From contig ML978141.1 in the NCBI GenBank assembly GCA_010015805.1, positions 62,001 through 126,000 on the forward strand: a stretch of 64,000 nt of DNA, written 5' to 3'. Numbering within the stretch: the stretch's first letter is position 1; each line of letters opens with the position of its first letter. Under the pieces are notes generated by a model. That model saw only the letters and a program-made list of their open reading frames with translations, was not told the DNA's origin and did not search any database. The stretch is from Rhizodiscina lignyota. Lineage: Eukaryota. Position numbers and translations under genes: made by a program. Positions 1 to 13,709 of the stretch are shown here, in pieces.

Positions 1-565
1 CTACTGGGCGCAGCCTCATCTGTCCGCGCATATGGTACCGGAAACACCCTTCATCGACATAGCTGCTGGAGAAGCCTCGATACCGGGAGCGAAAGGCAAT
101 GTCAAAGTGGCGTTCACCATGACACGTGATGTTGCAAAATTCATCACGAAAGCCGTCATGTGCAACGACAAGTGGCCGGAAAAGAGCTATATCATCGGGG
201 ACAAGATGACTTTCGACGAGATTGTAGCTGCGGCGGAGAAAGCTCGAGGTATGTCTCTGTTCAAATTCAAAGCTCTGTGACTTCAGACCAAAAACTAATA
301 GGTCCGCATAGACATGAAATTCAAAGTCACTTACAACAAAGAAGAAGACCTGCGAGTAGGCAAGATTGAACCAATTCCCACTTGGATCGCCCTATGGGAC
401 AGATATCCAAGAGCGATCTTCGACGAAATGTTTTCTGCCTTTGGATTGAGCATGGTATTGGGTGACACGGATTTCGACTATGATACTTCGCTGAATGCAA
501 AGTTTCGGGAGATAGAGACTACGAAGATCACAGCTCTGATTCAGAAATATTGCAGCAAGCGGTGA
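1..565 (+). CDS. NmrA-like/isoflavone reductase-like NAD(P)-binding protein, 3' part (5' end outside window)
   Basis: ORFs 32..280 and 314..565 join in frame across intron 249-311 (GTATGT..CTAAT..TAG). 'FTMTRDVAKF..WP..GDKMTFDEIV' resembles fungal NmrA-like C-terminal halves. Confidence 0.6.
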
Positions 566-622
566 AAATGGCAGGGGAAATTGGTTATCAAAATAAGCGC
601 ATTAAAATAAAATATAAAGCTC

Positions 623-1539
623 TCAATTGATGATGTAGCCACCGTCTACCACCATTGCACTGCCCTGGCAGAAGCTCGCCTTTGTAGAGCACAGGAATAT
701 CGCGCAGTCCGCAATTTCTGCGACCTGGCCCATTCGCTTCATTGGTGCGATCAGAATTGCAGGCGCCATCAATTCTCTTCGCCCCGGTTGACTCGTCGTC
801 ATCGGCGTCTCGATCACACCAGGACAGACACAGTTGACTCGAATGTCTTTATGGGCATAGTCGATCGCGTCGCCACGAGTCATTGCCATCACAGCAGCCT
901 TGCTAGCACAGTAAGCAGTCGCCGCAGGCCGTCCAACAAATCCTAGCTGGCTTGCAATGTTGACGATGCTGCCTCTTTGCGGCGGTCGCCTGGGGTCGTG
1001 ACTCGGCAGGGGTTCTTGGTTGAGCATCGCTTTGATCTCGGCACGAGACGAAAGCCAGCAGCCGCGATAATTTACATCGTTGATCTTGTCGAACATTTCC
1101 AGTGACGTCTCTGTGGATATTTGATTGTTTCCCATAATACCGGCGCAATTGACCTGAGATCGCGTTAGTAGTTAATCCCAGTGCCTCTCCTTTCCAACGA
1201 GGCGTACGCAATAATCTAATCTCCCAAATGTCTGCACAACTGTGGCGATAAGCTCATCCACAAACTTTTCTTGCGTTATATCCCCAGCCAAGGCAAATAT
1301 TTTAGCATTGGGGAACTGTTCCGTCAGCGCTTCCTGATTCTTCATCAGAAGCTCCTCGTTTCTGTCCGTTATCGCGATGCTACGGCAACCAGCTTCTGCA
1401 AATGCCAAGGCAACGCCTGACCCGATACCTGCGGTGACTCCTTAGATGATATTCGTGAGAGGGGCTGAGCTGCTATTGATATACCAGTTCCAGCTGCACC
1501 TGTAACCAATGCTACGCCAGGGTAGAGTGTCTCCGCCAT
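623..1539 (-). CDS. Short-chain dehydrogenase/reductase, 3 exons
   Basis: N-terminal ALVTGAAGTGIG, GSIVNIAS, catalytic YCASK, IRVNCVCPG, C-terminal VDGG. ATG at 1539. Confidence 0.92.
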
Positions 1540-4500
1540 ATTGTCTCGTCTGGTTGAGGGGTCGACTATGTGATATTGCTCGATTAAAACAACGGATGTC
1601 CAGGGAAGGAAGGACGATGTTCACGGTGATGCTGCAGCTGTGAGATGGTTAGCTCCAACGTTAGCTGAAGGTCCCCATTTACATAGGGCTGCCGAGAACC
1701 GCTCTAGTCCGCAGATAAGGATGGCCGAGGATTTCTCGTCTCCTTCATAGCCAGCTAAGACGCAAGTCTCGCTGTCAGTCTCCGAGTTGATGCCGTCGGC
1801 AAACTACCCGATTGAGTTTGATAATGGGGATGGAGGTGGTTTGTCAAGGGTACCGCGTGGTGACATGGATGTCGCGGGACACGCGGTCCGGCTAAGACAT
1901 CACCACCCTTCGTTCGCAACTCTTTCTTCCTCTCATCACCCATCCTTCTGTCCGTCACGAGCTATCGCGAGCCCTCCAGTCCTCGAGCATCCGAGTCTAT
2001 GCCTCCTATAGACCAGATAGAGCGGATAAGCTAGCCCTGCTGTCCAAGCAAGGTTACGCTCGCTAGCTCAACCTTGACCTTGACCTCGATCTCGACGATA
2101 CTCCCTTCTTGTACGCCCTTCGCAAATGCGACAGCCTATTGGCACCCTGATAGGGGTTGACCTCTTCGCGTCACTGTGCCTACCAGTTGCGAAGTCTCTC
2201 TGCATACTTTCACATTGCTTGTTGTGGATGGACAGCGACGTTTGGTGCTACAATATCAAACACCATGGCGAATCGACGCGGAGAACATATGAGGCTTATC
2301 ATTCTCTCGCTAGAAGGTCAAACAACTTCCTAGAGAAGGAACATATGTGGCCACGTCCTGACCAAACCCCCTCGAGCGAGTCCGAGGACGAGCCCGAGAC
2401 AGTCTCTAATGCCGAAGCAAAAATCTCAGACGACGGGCGACATGGCTTTGAAATCTTTTCTCAAGACCCACAGAATGAATTCTGCGGCTCAGTCTGACGA
2501 ACATGATCTGTTAAAAGGCAATATCCAAGTCGCGAGATATCCGGTACTCGACAACTCCATACCGAAACCTAACGCACCCACCGACGACCTTGGAAATCGA
2601 CAGACTGCACATGTGGCCGAGAGTTACACTGGTCCTATATAATGAGCTCCGCTCCAACTTCTACAATTTTGACGAGAGATAGAATCTTGGACTGAGGAGT
2701 AACAAACTGCTGGTGACTCCGAGAAAGATGTCCCGATGGTGCTACTCTGGCGGAGCTGAAAAGCCATTGTGGGACCCCTTGCGGGTTTCGAGGCTTTGCG
2801 CCTTCTCCTGCCATCCTTGAATCTTGAGAAGCTCGGACAATTAGTGGACCTGGCAGTCTGGAGGTTTGAGTGCGAGTAAAGCAATCTGCTGCTGCTAGGT
2901 CGGAGATACCGAAGATCTAGGTCGGACACCCAGAACTTGGTATCAAACAGCTCAAAACGCTTCTTTCCAGGACAAAATGGTACCGTCTCCACTGAGCCTG
3001 CAAGTCGTCCTAGCCAGCTCGCTCAACCGCACCCAGACACCACAGTTGTATTCACACAATCGTTTGCACAAAAATTCCGGAACCCCGGCATAAACGGGGT
3101 TCGTCTCCGATGGTTAGCGACACCTAGGATCTTGTCTAGATGTCCATACGTGGACGCTAAATATATCCGCTCAATTGTTGGACAATCCGTGAAGAGTTTG
3201 TCCCTGTCCGTGGACATTCCGACTTGTATGACGGGATCGTTGCACACGGTGGACAGGCCCTCAAGGACGACTCCTGGACCCCCGAAACCCTTGAAGTCGC
3301 TCAGAGTCACTCCTACAGCTATGTACCATAGTGGCACTTAACCTACCAAATACGTGTCAGTTCGACAGAATCTTCCCAGAGGGTAGCGAGATAGGCCTTT
3401 TTGAAGGCTGTAGGATCTTACAAACCCTGCTGCTCAAGGTGTAAGCCCATGTCGCTGGAGTCGTAGATCGCCGGCGACAGAATTCCTGTGCACGTGAGTG
3501 GCGAAACTCACGAGCTTTGATTCGAGCTCCCTTGGACGCTGAGCGCTGGCATTTGACTTGTTCGCAGAGATCTTAACAGCTCTATACAGCCCCTTCGTCA
3601 GCGGGTCTGGCTGCGTGTGTTGAGATGCCTTTGCGCCTTGATACAGCAGCATGCGAGCCCCAGTGGCATACCTCTCGAGCTTCGATTTCGTTGATTGTAA
3701 AAAGTAGACCTCGTGGTTCACCTAATATCCGAAAATGAACCGACAACTTATTCTACAGCTCTTTTGCTCTGATATCACAAAGGCCCAAGTAGCTCTTACT
3801 ATATCCTCTGCTTGCCAATCCTACCTTTGTCCGTTTATCAGATTATATGCTTGTGTTGCGTTTGGTTCGTCCTCGTTCAATCGGTCACAGACAATCAAGA
3901 GACACAAAGGGAGTCACACGATCCAGTTCGCTTCTTGTGGGCTTTTTGGGCCGCCACAGCCCCTCCGCAAACGTCTAAAAATTCAGAAACTGTCATTGGT
4001 TAGCTTTGCTTCATGTTTCGTTATTGCTGGAGGCAGTCTATGCCGTTGGAGCAGATACCTTTTACGCAAGTGTATCACTTGCTTTACTCCTCTTCATCCG
4101 AATCACGGTCTTCACCCGACACCACACGACCTTCCCGCAGCCACGCCGCCCATAGCCTGGGATGGTCGCCTGGTGCTGGGGCCCACACCCGCCTTGCCGC
4201 TGGCACCGGCCTGGTGGGCTCAGGCCGAATGGTGTCGTCGCTCTCGTCGCTGTCGTCGTCATTGCCACCCGGGGGGTCGGCCGGGGGCGGGCGAAGGGTC
4301 TCCAGTGAGGAGGAGGGAGAGAGGGAGGGTGAGGAGAAGCTGTATTATATATGGGTCAGTGTTATTGTCATTTCGCGCTAGTTTACTTGTGCTTACAGGG
4401 CAGCCAGCCACGCAAAACAACCACAGGAGAAAGCCATTGCGGCGTTGGAGAGTTGTTTTGGTTGTGATTTAGCTATCTTCAACGTTAGCTATGCCGTTCT

Positions 4501-5344
4501 GCAACCTCGACCTGTGGGTGGGAACGATTGCAATAATGCTCTCGCCTTTGCTGGGCTTCTGGCAAACTGGTTACGAGCAGTAGTCATTCCGATCTTGAGC
4601 ACCAACACACCCACCATTGCGAGAAGAACAAAGAGGCAAAGTGCACGATTTAAAGCGACTGCCGGGTACTAGGACACTAACTCACAGTTTGGAAAGCTTT
4701 GGGTGCAGAGGGAAGGCTCTGTAATGTGGTCGGTAGCTTGGGATGAAACTGGAAGCTCTCCTGCCTCAATATTAACCAGCACGCGTGTGCCAAGACCACG
4801 GTCCGCCCAAGCTCCCTGCCACGGAGAACGCCCTCATGTCGCTGGCCGCCAGTCTGGGTCAGTGGATTTTGCTGCCGTCACCAATCTACGATGCACTTCG
4901 CGCTGCCGCTGCGTGGACGGCTCTACACTCTGCCACTCAAGTCCTCATCTCGGTGCACAACAACAGCAACTGAGCGAACTGCTTAGCGACGTCAAGCTCT
5001 TCAACCACCACCACAACATGGCTTTGGAGAATGCGATGTAGATGGAGGAGAGAGGCAAGAGAGACGTCGGTTTTGTGTTTAAGAGCTGGTCTCACGCGCT
5101 ATGTGTGGTATATCGTAGTACTGTACATATGGAAGTGCCAGACGAAGATACAATTCTTCAACATAATATCGGAACGGCAAGGCTTTGGAGATCTTCTGTC
5201 GTTAGGTAGCGCCACGCTGGCGTTTCACGTCCGGATGGTCAATAGGAAATCTTTGGCACACGATGAAGCAAAAATGTCAAATAAATCAATAATAAAAAGC
5301 ATGAAAGCTATAACAGTACCGAAACCAGCCTAAAACTCAGAAAT

Positions 5345-8197
5345 CTACTCATATGGATTTCTCCAAGCGCTTTGCTTCCAAGTGTCCTCAGTTACGTCTT
5401 CCTCTTCTTCATCCTTGACGAACTGGTCATCCACCTTGTCATCATCTTCCTCAGCCTCGTCATCTCCTTCCTGCTCGATATTACCCTCTTGTGAATTATC
5501 GTGGTCATTATTAGCCCCCTCTTGATCGATATTGCCATCCTGCTCGTCATTCCCCCCTTCTCCACCGTCTCCATCATCATCATAATCATCATAATCATCA
5601 TAATCTTCATAATCTTCATCATCATAATCTTCATAATCTTCATCATCTTCATCTTCATCATCTTCATCATCATCATCATCATCACCATCTCCACCCTGTT
5701 CCTCGTCCTCCTCTGCCTCAGCCCTTTCCACTTCCTTCTCCTCAAAGAAGATTTTGTGAAACACCACATCCCTACCAGCACTATCTGTGGAGAGCTGGAT
5801 CAAACGTTCCTTCATCGAGATACTCCATAGGTATGCCGCAATCTGACTATCAGCGTAAGAGAAATCCAGCGGCACATCGTCCAACTCAATAAGGGCCCAC
5901 TCGCCAGCCTCAAGCTTTTCGCCCCACTTAATGGCACTTCCGAACTTGCAGATGATGTCAACGGCTGATTCAAGCATCTTCCTGCTGTCCATCTTCACGA
6001 CGAGCTTCTTCAAATTCGACTTTACGTAACCCGAATTTTGATCGATCCACTCCCTCAGGCTTTCCTCTTCCTCCTTGACGTACTCTGGCAGAGAATCGGA
6101 CATGTGCGCAGGCTCGTAGGAAATGGTCAGCTCGTCAATCAAATGTATGATACGGCAGTTATATCGATCAGCCCTTTCAAATGAAGAGTTCAGCGTTGCA
6201 ATGTTTATGCGGAGATAACGATCCTCCAGCCACGTGATCGGTTCATCTCCCTGCTGCTTTCGCAGAGTTGTAAGCTGGCTAGATTGTCGGTCGTGTTCAT
6301 CGTCGTTGATCCCCTGACGGTAGGCATAAGTTCGCACTCTGTATGCTGGACCACGTCGAAGTTGCCGAGCGCAGTTTTGACAGGGCGGTTTCGGGGTACA
6401 GACTTTAGCGCCAATTAAATCGCCATTATAACGCATTGTATTCGGGACGCAGGTACAAGTCTGAATGTCGAAACCGTCACCAGAGGGGCCCGCATGTGGA
6501 TCTTGGCCCGCTCCCATGATGAACTTGATTCGAAAGCCTACGGCTTTGAGTGTTCGCAACGTTCGCCGCAATTTGTTAAACGCAGCTAATCTTTGGGTCG
6601 ATATATCAGGCATAAATTCGCCGAAGAGGTCGTACCGGAAGAAGCTTGGAAAGCGGAGATCCATTATCGGATTCAAAGAGAATATCGGAGACCATTCGAA
6701 CGTGTCTTTCGCCCAGTGAAGCAAGGACTTCCATTCGTCGGCTCCGTGATTGATCTCTTCTTCATCCTCATCCCTCCAGATCTCGTCGCCATCGAAGATA
6801 CTGTATACAGATTGGTTAAGGCTCGTTAGACTGAGGATGGTGTCGTTCAATTCGTCGTGGGAGCTAATCTTTAGTCCTGGGTGATTTTCGGCAATGACCT
6901 TGAGAGCTGCGAACATGTCTTTGACAGTTAGGACACGCTCGCCCACTTCGTCGCGTCCGAGAGCGTTTGGTCCATTAATAATTCCTAGCATATCATGATT
7001 GTGAGTTTGACCGCACCAAGGGAAGTTTTCTCCGAAGGGACGCACCCGTGGTTGTGCCTCAAAGCGAAACCAGTGTTTCCGTAATGCGGGTTCTTCAAAA
7101 TATTGAACTTGTCTGAGAGGATCAAGCCTGGTAGTAACATTTTTCGAAATCGCCTTGCGTGGCTGGAAGACACGAAGCCATGATTGCAGTCCGACTTTGA
7201 GCTCTGCTAGATGGACCCCTTCGCGCTCAAGCATACTGACAAGCGAAGGTAGACTGGGGTGTGATTGGTGCATCTCAAGGATTTGGAGACTCTTGGGGGC
7301 GTGCCGAGCGATAGCATCGGCGATATGGCAGCAACTTCGATGTAGACGCATCAGTGGTGTCTGCACATCGCCGTCGGCTATATCACTACGAACCCTACGA
7401 GAGAGGCGGTCATTTATATCCATATGTAATCGATACTCTCCGCGGATGGCAAGGGCCTTCACATTTGTACAGGCCGCCAGGATGCTATCTGTGACTAAAT
7501 CTTCCATAGCTAAGGGGTCGTGGTGCTCGCGGAGGAAGTCAGGGTTTTTCCGGAGAATAGCAAACTGGCCATCCCAGTTGGTATGACGTCTGGATATAGC
7601 ATTACCATCAGCGGTGAGGTCGTTTCTTTGTTTCCATTCAGCATCCGAGAGTGCAGAATATCGCGGCTGCCGCAAGCAATCCGCATCGCGGGCACGTAGA
7701 CAATGCAATCGGGCTTCGGCCCAATTGAGGACAGTCAGGCGCTTGAGTCGTGGCCAGAGCGAAGGACAGGAAGGCGCAAGTTCACACCACGTGTACGTAT
7801 TTTCTGCCTCCGGCGTAACATAATCAAGGATGTCGCTGAGGTCTAGGTCTTCGAGGAAAGGCAGGTTGTCCTGGATCCAGATGAAGTCTTCAAGTGAATT
7901 CCAGTGGCTCATGGCAAGCTTCCGAACATACACCCTATTAGTGTCATTAATCAAGCTTTGAAACAGCTGCCATTTTCGCCGTCCTCTATTAATCTACGCT
8001 CCGTAGCTTAGTCCATGGATCCCCTCATAAGAGAATGGTTCCAGGAATTGGTAAACTTGCAACACCTGGGCATTGGCAAAGCCCTGTGCTGTCTTCTGGA
8101 GCTGGAAAATCTCATGCTTTGTCAAGTATGAAGAGATACAGAGAAGTTCTTCTGCACAGAGCTTATCAAATCCGCTCCCGGTAGCGGTAGTCGCCAT
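5345..8197 (-). CDS. Hypothetical protein with F-box-like N-terminus, LRR-like stretch and very acidic D/E tail
   Basis: ORFs 7994..8197 and 5345..7954 are in the same frame. The TAG at 7994-7996 follows ACTAAG and probably acts as an intron acceptor. 'FDKLCAEELLCISSYL' is F-box-like and 'LEDLDLS','LKRLTV' are LRR-like. Confidence 0.6.
5570..5690. repeat. Coding trinucleotide repeat (TCA/TCT/TAA mix) encoding a poly-Asp/Glu/Tyr tract
   Basis: Direct reading: atcatcatcataatcatcataatc...; translates DDDDDEDDEDEDDEDYEDYDD on the minus strand. Confidence 0.9.
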
Positions 8198-8220
8198 TGT
8201 AGTTATGATATATGTCAGGA

Positions 8221-8241
8221 AGAGAGAGAGAGAGAGAGAGA
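8221..8241. repeat. (AG)n microsatellite just upstream of the F-box-like gene start
   Basis: agagagagagagagagagaga. Confidence 0.9.
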
Positions 8242-9136
8242 CGTTAGAAATCTAATGTGAAAGTTTAGTAGCTTGATTGCTGGAAGTACAGAGGCGAACA
8301 ATTTTGTAGAGCAGGGAGGATTGATCGAGTGTACTGGAGATGCCAATTTCAAGAGAGCCAATATTAGATATTCCTTGATCTCACAGTTTCGGAACAAAGC
8401 GATAATGGCGAATGAACTTGAAAGCGGGTCGATGAAAGAATGGCTATGCCATCCTTTCAAGGTGCTCACAATAAGCATTTAAAACAAAGAGACAACCCAC
8501 TAGGAGCTCGAGAGCGACAAAACAGTCGATCGTAGATTTCACAACATTGAACAGCAGCAGCGCGCGGTCTCTTGGATCAATGAAATGCACAAGTTTTTCA
8601 ATAATTCGCCATTGTTTAGTACACTCCAGAGATCGTACAACCGAGCTTTCAGAGATAGTCCCGGTTTTCTTGAAGTGCAAGAGCTGCTAGCCCTTAGGCA
8701 TTACAGCTTGCTCACAGTCAGCTATTCCCTCGCCCTCAAGACGGAAATGGTTTCTGGTTTCCGTGAAGGAAAATGGCCGATTTACCAGTGCTGTGAGCAT
8801 CTCCAGATCCATCGTTGAGCTGAAAAGCAGGAAGTGTTCGGTGTTCCAGGGAGGGACATGGTAGAAGCCTGTTTCATTCCTATTAGGCTAGACGTTTACA
8901 ATCTTCGTCGCCACATGCAATGTCGCGTGGGAGATGGTGGAGTGAGAGAGATTTTCCCATCGACCAACCCGAAGTTGAACTTTCAGATGAGCCCCAACCT
9001 TAGGCCCCAGGCTCGCCGGCCCGATTGGACCCGAAAGTCTGTCCTCCATCGTCACCTCAACCGCTGCTCTTCAACAGGAACCTACGCCCAGCTATAATTC
9101 TGCAATTGCTACTCGAATCATACTCAATTCCTCTCA

Positions 9137-9713
9137 ATGGTAGTGCTTTCGTCTCCTCACTGCCATGGTCTGGCGCTGACCATCTCTATTCGCAGGCATC
9201 GCCCCAGCGGCCAGGTCTTCCGCACGTCGGCCATTTAGGTATACAGCCATGGTCGGTAAGGCCGGATTATAGCACCTACAAATCTCCTCATGGTCCTAAG
9301 TACGTTTAGCGCCTTTCATCTCCTTTCTGGGCGGTCCTTTGAACACTGAAGACCGTCAATTGCACTCAGCGAGCTTGCACTGCAACCAATCGCCAATATT
9401 TTCAGTTTCAAGCTCACCGTTAACAACATATTTGATCCATATAATCATTCAAACACCATCTTCAATGTACGAAAACATTGGCTGATTGCTTCGCTTAAAC
9501 AGATACACCATCTCCACGCACTACCACGGCATTAACGCCTCTCGAGCACTCCGCTTCGGCACATTAGCTGCAGGTTTCGGCACCTGCGCCGGCATCTTCG
9601 CCCTCTTCTTCTTCGCCGAAGTCCCGAAAGTGAGCAAGGACATCATGCAGAAGGTTCCGGTACTGGGTGACTACTTCCGGAAGGAGGTCGCGCCAGAAGA
9701 CAACCCATTCTGA
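9137..9713 (+). CDS. QCR10: Cytochrome b-c1 complex subunit 10, 3 exons
   Basis: ATG-only exon 1 (9137-9139), introns 9140-9195 and about 9300-9502. 'YKSPHGPKY', single TM segment, 'FFFAEVPKV..DIMQKVP..GDYF', C-terminal 'PEDNPF'. Confidence 0.88.
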
Positions 9714-9981
9714 GCTCAGCTGAATATACATAATGTGCTAGCGGGTGCAGTTGGAATGCATCAGGCGGATTGTGACACCAGGAGTGAAGGACTGTACATA
9801 TCTAGAGGTCACAAAGGGCTGTAAAGTAGGAATGCGTTCGAGCGCTCAATAGAGGATTCGATTCAGTGACTACCCCATCTCTACCAGTACAGTACATATG
9901 GTATTTGATGTGCGCATGAACTCCAACCCGAAGCGCCGTGCCTGCGAATGCAATCAAGGACTTCCTATACTCTCCAGACGC

Positions 9982-10944
9982 TCAGTTCTCGCCCATCTTC
10001 CCCACGCACTCCGACATCTCTTCGTCAGAGTAGATCCTAAAGCCCTTCTCCTTCGTCACACTTGCTAACTGTACGTTCTTTGCATCCAACTTCTCCTCCA
10101 TCACCTGCTTGAGCGTCTTAAGCACCATCTGCTCTGCCTCCTGGAGTGTGAGAGACTTGTGGTATTCGTTCTGGAGTTCTGCTTGTGCGCCTTCGCTGCC
10201 GGAGCCGATTGCTTTCGCGTCGTAGCGGTAGAAGGTGCCCGATGGTTCCGCATGGTATCTGAATCACACATCCGGTTAGCCAATATACGAGATACTGGTT
10301 ATTTGAGGCGACTCACAAGCTCGGTCCATCCTCATCATAACCCGCAATCAGCAGCGCAACGCCAAAAGGTCTGCTCATGATGCTCTCCTCTCCATCTGCT
10401 CCCTCACCGAACCTCAGCGCCAAGTCGCATATCGCCTGTGTACAGCTCTCGACGCGCAGCGGCTCGTTGTAGTTGAACGCATGGCTTTGGCTCTCCACCC
10501 GCGCATGCTCAATCATGCTGCGTGCGTCTGCTTGCAGGCCGGACATCGCACAGCCGATGTGTCGGTCGATTTCCACAATCTTTTCGACGGACGAGGTCTC
10601 GAGGAGGGTGGAGGTGACGCGCTTTTCAACGCCGAGGATTACACCTTCTGATGTTGCGACCTGTACACAAGAGAGTGAGTCTTGACGTATCATAAGATGG
10701 GGCACTGGAGAGGCGGTTACGTACACCTATTGCTGTTGAACCGAGCTTGATCGCCTCGAGAGAGTATTCGACTTGGAAGAGACGACCTTCTGGCGAGAAG
10801 GTGCTGTGTTATGTTAGAGCAAGAGCTGTACGTCATTTTATGAAAGGCATACTTGATTCCACGATCTGTAAAGCATGATATCAGCTCAAGTCCCTATACC
10901 TACACTGTGGTCTTCTTACCATATTCTGACCGGGCGATGAACAT
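9982..10944 (-). CDS. PUP2: 20S proteasome subunit alpha-5, multi-exon
   Basis: [39 protein letters not shown], '[13 protein letters not shown]', '[10 protein letters not shown]'. Confidence 0.96.
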
Positions 10945-11876
10945 TGTGACGCTTTTGTGGTTGTTTGAGGGGAGGGCTGAGGGAAGAGAGTATGTTGGTG
11001 GAGTTTTACGAGGGATAGAGAGTTCTGGAGCTTTGACAGGTGAGGAAGGGAGAGGAACAGCTGGTTTGCAGAAGTTCTCAAGGTGTATGAAGCTTGCCGT
11101 TGATTTGGTGCTCCCAGGCAGATGGAGCTTTCGTCAAGCTCAAAATATGCCGCTAAGCCTATTTTGGTTAGGTTACATCCTCATCCCCAAAGACGCGCGA
11201 CTTGCCGAGCATCTCAACGTCAAAGTTTACAGCCATGTGAAGGCGATGTTACTATTTTTAACCTTTATATGCTATAATTCGGAGAGTTCAATATCATGTA
11301 TCTCCGAATTTACCATAATTAGAGAATCTCTGTCACTCCGTGGAGAAGCTTGAAAGTCGCCGCTTTTCCACTGCTGTGCCGCGAGGCGAAGGCGTTTACT
11401 CTAATCATACGAAGGAGCCAGTTTCCGACAAGCGAACAGTCTATAGAGCCACTCTATTAAGTCGCCTTTCAGCACTTCTAAGAAGCTGCTACATGTTACT
11501 GGGTATATATTAAAGGCTATCATAGGGTAACTTGCTAGGCATGTCTCAGAAGATTTACTTCTCGTTGTGGCAGAAAGGAGAGGCTGTTGCAGGTCTCATA
11601 CGCTCACGAGAAACTAGCCCTTCGTATGCTTCTATCAACCAGGAGATCAGAGTGCATCTTTCACACTTCACGTTATTTAATTTCACCTCTCATTTGTTCA
11701 CACACCATGCTGTCTATGTTGGCTTGCTTTCCGACCAGTCGGAGCATTCTGGGTATAAGAGTTGAGCATTCCATGTCTAGTTTGTCCAACTCGTTGTTAT
11801 TCTATCAGTTGTAAATACACATGTCATACGACAGACTCAGTTAATTGACTCCCCATAAAATGTTTGTAAGCTAGGG

Positions 11877-13709
11877 TCATTTCGCTGTCGCAGATGGTAG
11901 ACCAACACTCGGTTCCGTATGCGTCGCTTTCGCCGTTCCATTCGTGCCGTACCCTGCCTCCACTTTTGTCATCCCATCACTCACAGCCAAGCCACTCAAT
12001 GTCCGGTTGAACACAGCCAGCGCAGCTATCGGCTGGTAGTAAGGCACTTCGTGGCCGCTTTCGTAGACTCTCGTGAAGCTGAAGTTTCCGGCCTGCCGCA
12101 CCTCTCCGTACTCAACCCCATTCACCATCAACGGCGTGTAGCCCGCGGCCTTAAATTCAGCAGCATGGCTGTAGTTGAGGGCCAAAGAGACTGCTTCGCC
12201 ACCGAACCAGTTACAGGTGTAGTCGGCGTCCCCATGGTACATGGCTACACGGACGCCGGAGTTGAGGATAGCCTCGAGATCGCTCTTGAAATAAGGATAC
12301 GCAAAGTCGCCGCTATCTTCGAATCCGTTCGCGACATTGCTACCACCGCTATCCGAGTAGTTGAGATTGACACCAAGTGCGGCCTGTATTTCTGCGAGAT
12401 TCAGATAATCCTCGTAATAGTCGGGAGGTGTCGGGTCATTGTGCGGATGACGAATATCATAAGTTCCTCGTCCGCTGAGAGCGATATAGATGTTACGAAT
12501 CAGAGAACGGCAGATGTTGGATGCTGAGCTACAGATTGTCTGGCCGTGGAAAGTGCTGCGATCGGCTGCAGCGCAGTCGGCAAGCCAATCTTTGCAACCG
12601 CCTGGCATGTAATAGACTTGCAGCATGAAGGTGTAGACAGTATCATTGACCGCTTTTATGCCGTACGTATTGTTGACCGCAAATTCCGCGTAGTATGGTC
12701 TGCATAGGGATTGTAAGCTTCTCAAGGCGCAACATCCGGCATGGACAATATCCACTCACGACTGGATTGCCGCATCAATGATTCCATTGCCAATCCCGAG
12801 GGAATCCATATTGAGCTTCGTTCCGCTTTCAGTCCCGTTGGCAATTGCAGCGTTGTGATCCTCGAAGTATTTATAGAACGCAGGCCCGTAATGACCTCCA
12901 TACGACTCTGTCCAGAGGCTGAACTTTTTGCTGGTGACCGTCGGATCCAGATGTGGAAGAGCACCCAAGAAAGCCTGGACGATCTCCCAGGTTCCTACCG
13001 CGGCCAGATCAGAAGTGTCGTAAGAATGGGAGTCCGCAAAGCCATATCTTCCGTCGGGGGGCGCTTCAGTCGAGTTCTTAAAGTCACCAGTATCCGGGTC
13101 GAAGCTACCCTCCTCTTCGGTTGCGTAAGAGAAGCCGACTCCAATAGGCTGCGAGAGGTAAATCATGTTGGACACTTCGTTCCAAGAGTAAGGATTCCAT
13201 TGCGCAGTGATGTTTTCGGTTATGTGGCAGGGGCCATTCTCTGCGCTCATGAGTTAAGGCATTTCGCATGCCTCGTAAAGAAATAAATACCTTGAAACAG
13301 CCCAAGAAGGGAGTCGGAGCCAGGTCCACCGTTGAGCCAAATGGAGAACTGGAGCTCGGTCAGTGCTAATTTGGTTTCGACACTGAAGAGTGCCCTACTG
13401 GAGCTTCATGTGGATTATGACGAGCTTCGAAGAACCAGAAGAACATGTTCGTGGTCGCATTCAGGCTGACATATCCGGCATAAGATTTGACGCCCTTTCT
13501 CAATCAGCTAATACCTCTCCTCCAGTCTGATGGCTTAGAATTACCGGCATCGTTTCACATATTCCGGGCTCTTTGTAGCGAACAGTCGCCCCGCTAGGAG
13601 ACTTTATCGTTTTCACACCAGTTGCATTTGCAGGAACGCCTCTGGGTTGTAAAGAAAGGGTCGCGCCGAGCGAAGACGATGCCAACAGAAATAATAATGA
13701 CGCTAACAT
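11877..13709 (-). CDS. Secreted serine carboxypeptidase (peptidase S10), multi-exon
   Basis: Signal peptide [27 protein letters not shown], catalytic [22 protein letters not shown]. Confidence 0.95.

Noticed and set aside
2126..5333. Several 100-245-aa ORFs and one intron-like signal on the minus strand (about 3345-3421)
   Set aside because: I could not build a consistent gene model or recognise any motif; it may be a decayed gene or non-coding DNA.
5392..5830. Poly-Met and poly-Ile ORFs
   Set aside because: Alternative frames of the acidic trinucleotide repeat.
7994..7996. In-frame TAG in the F-box-like gene as possible readthrough or nonsense mutation
   Set aside because: It is preceded by ACTAAG and fits as the acceptor of a short phase-0 intron, although the donor is weak.
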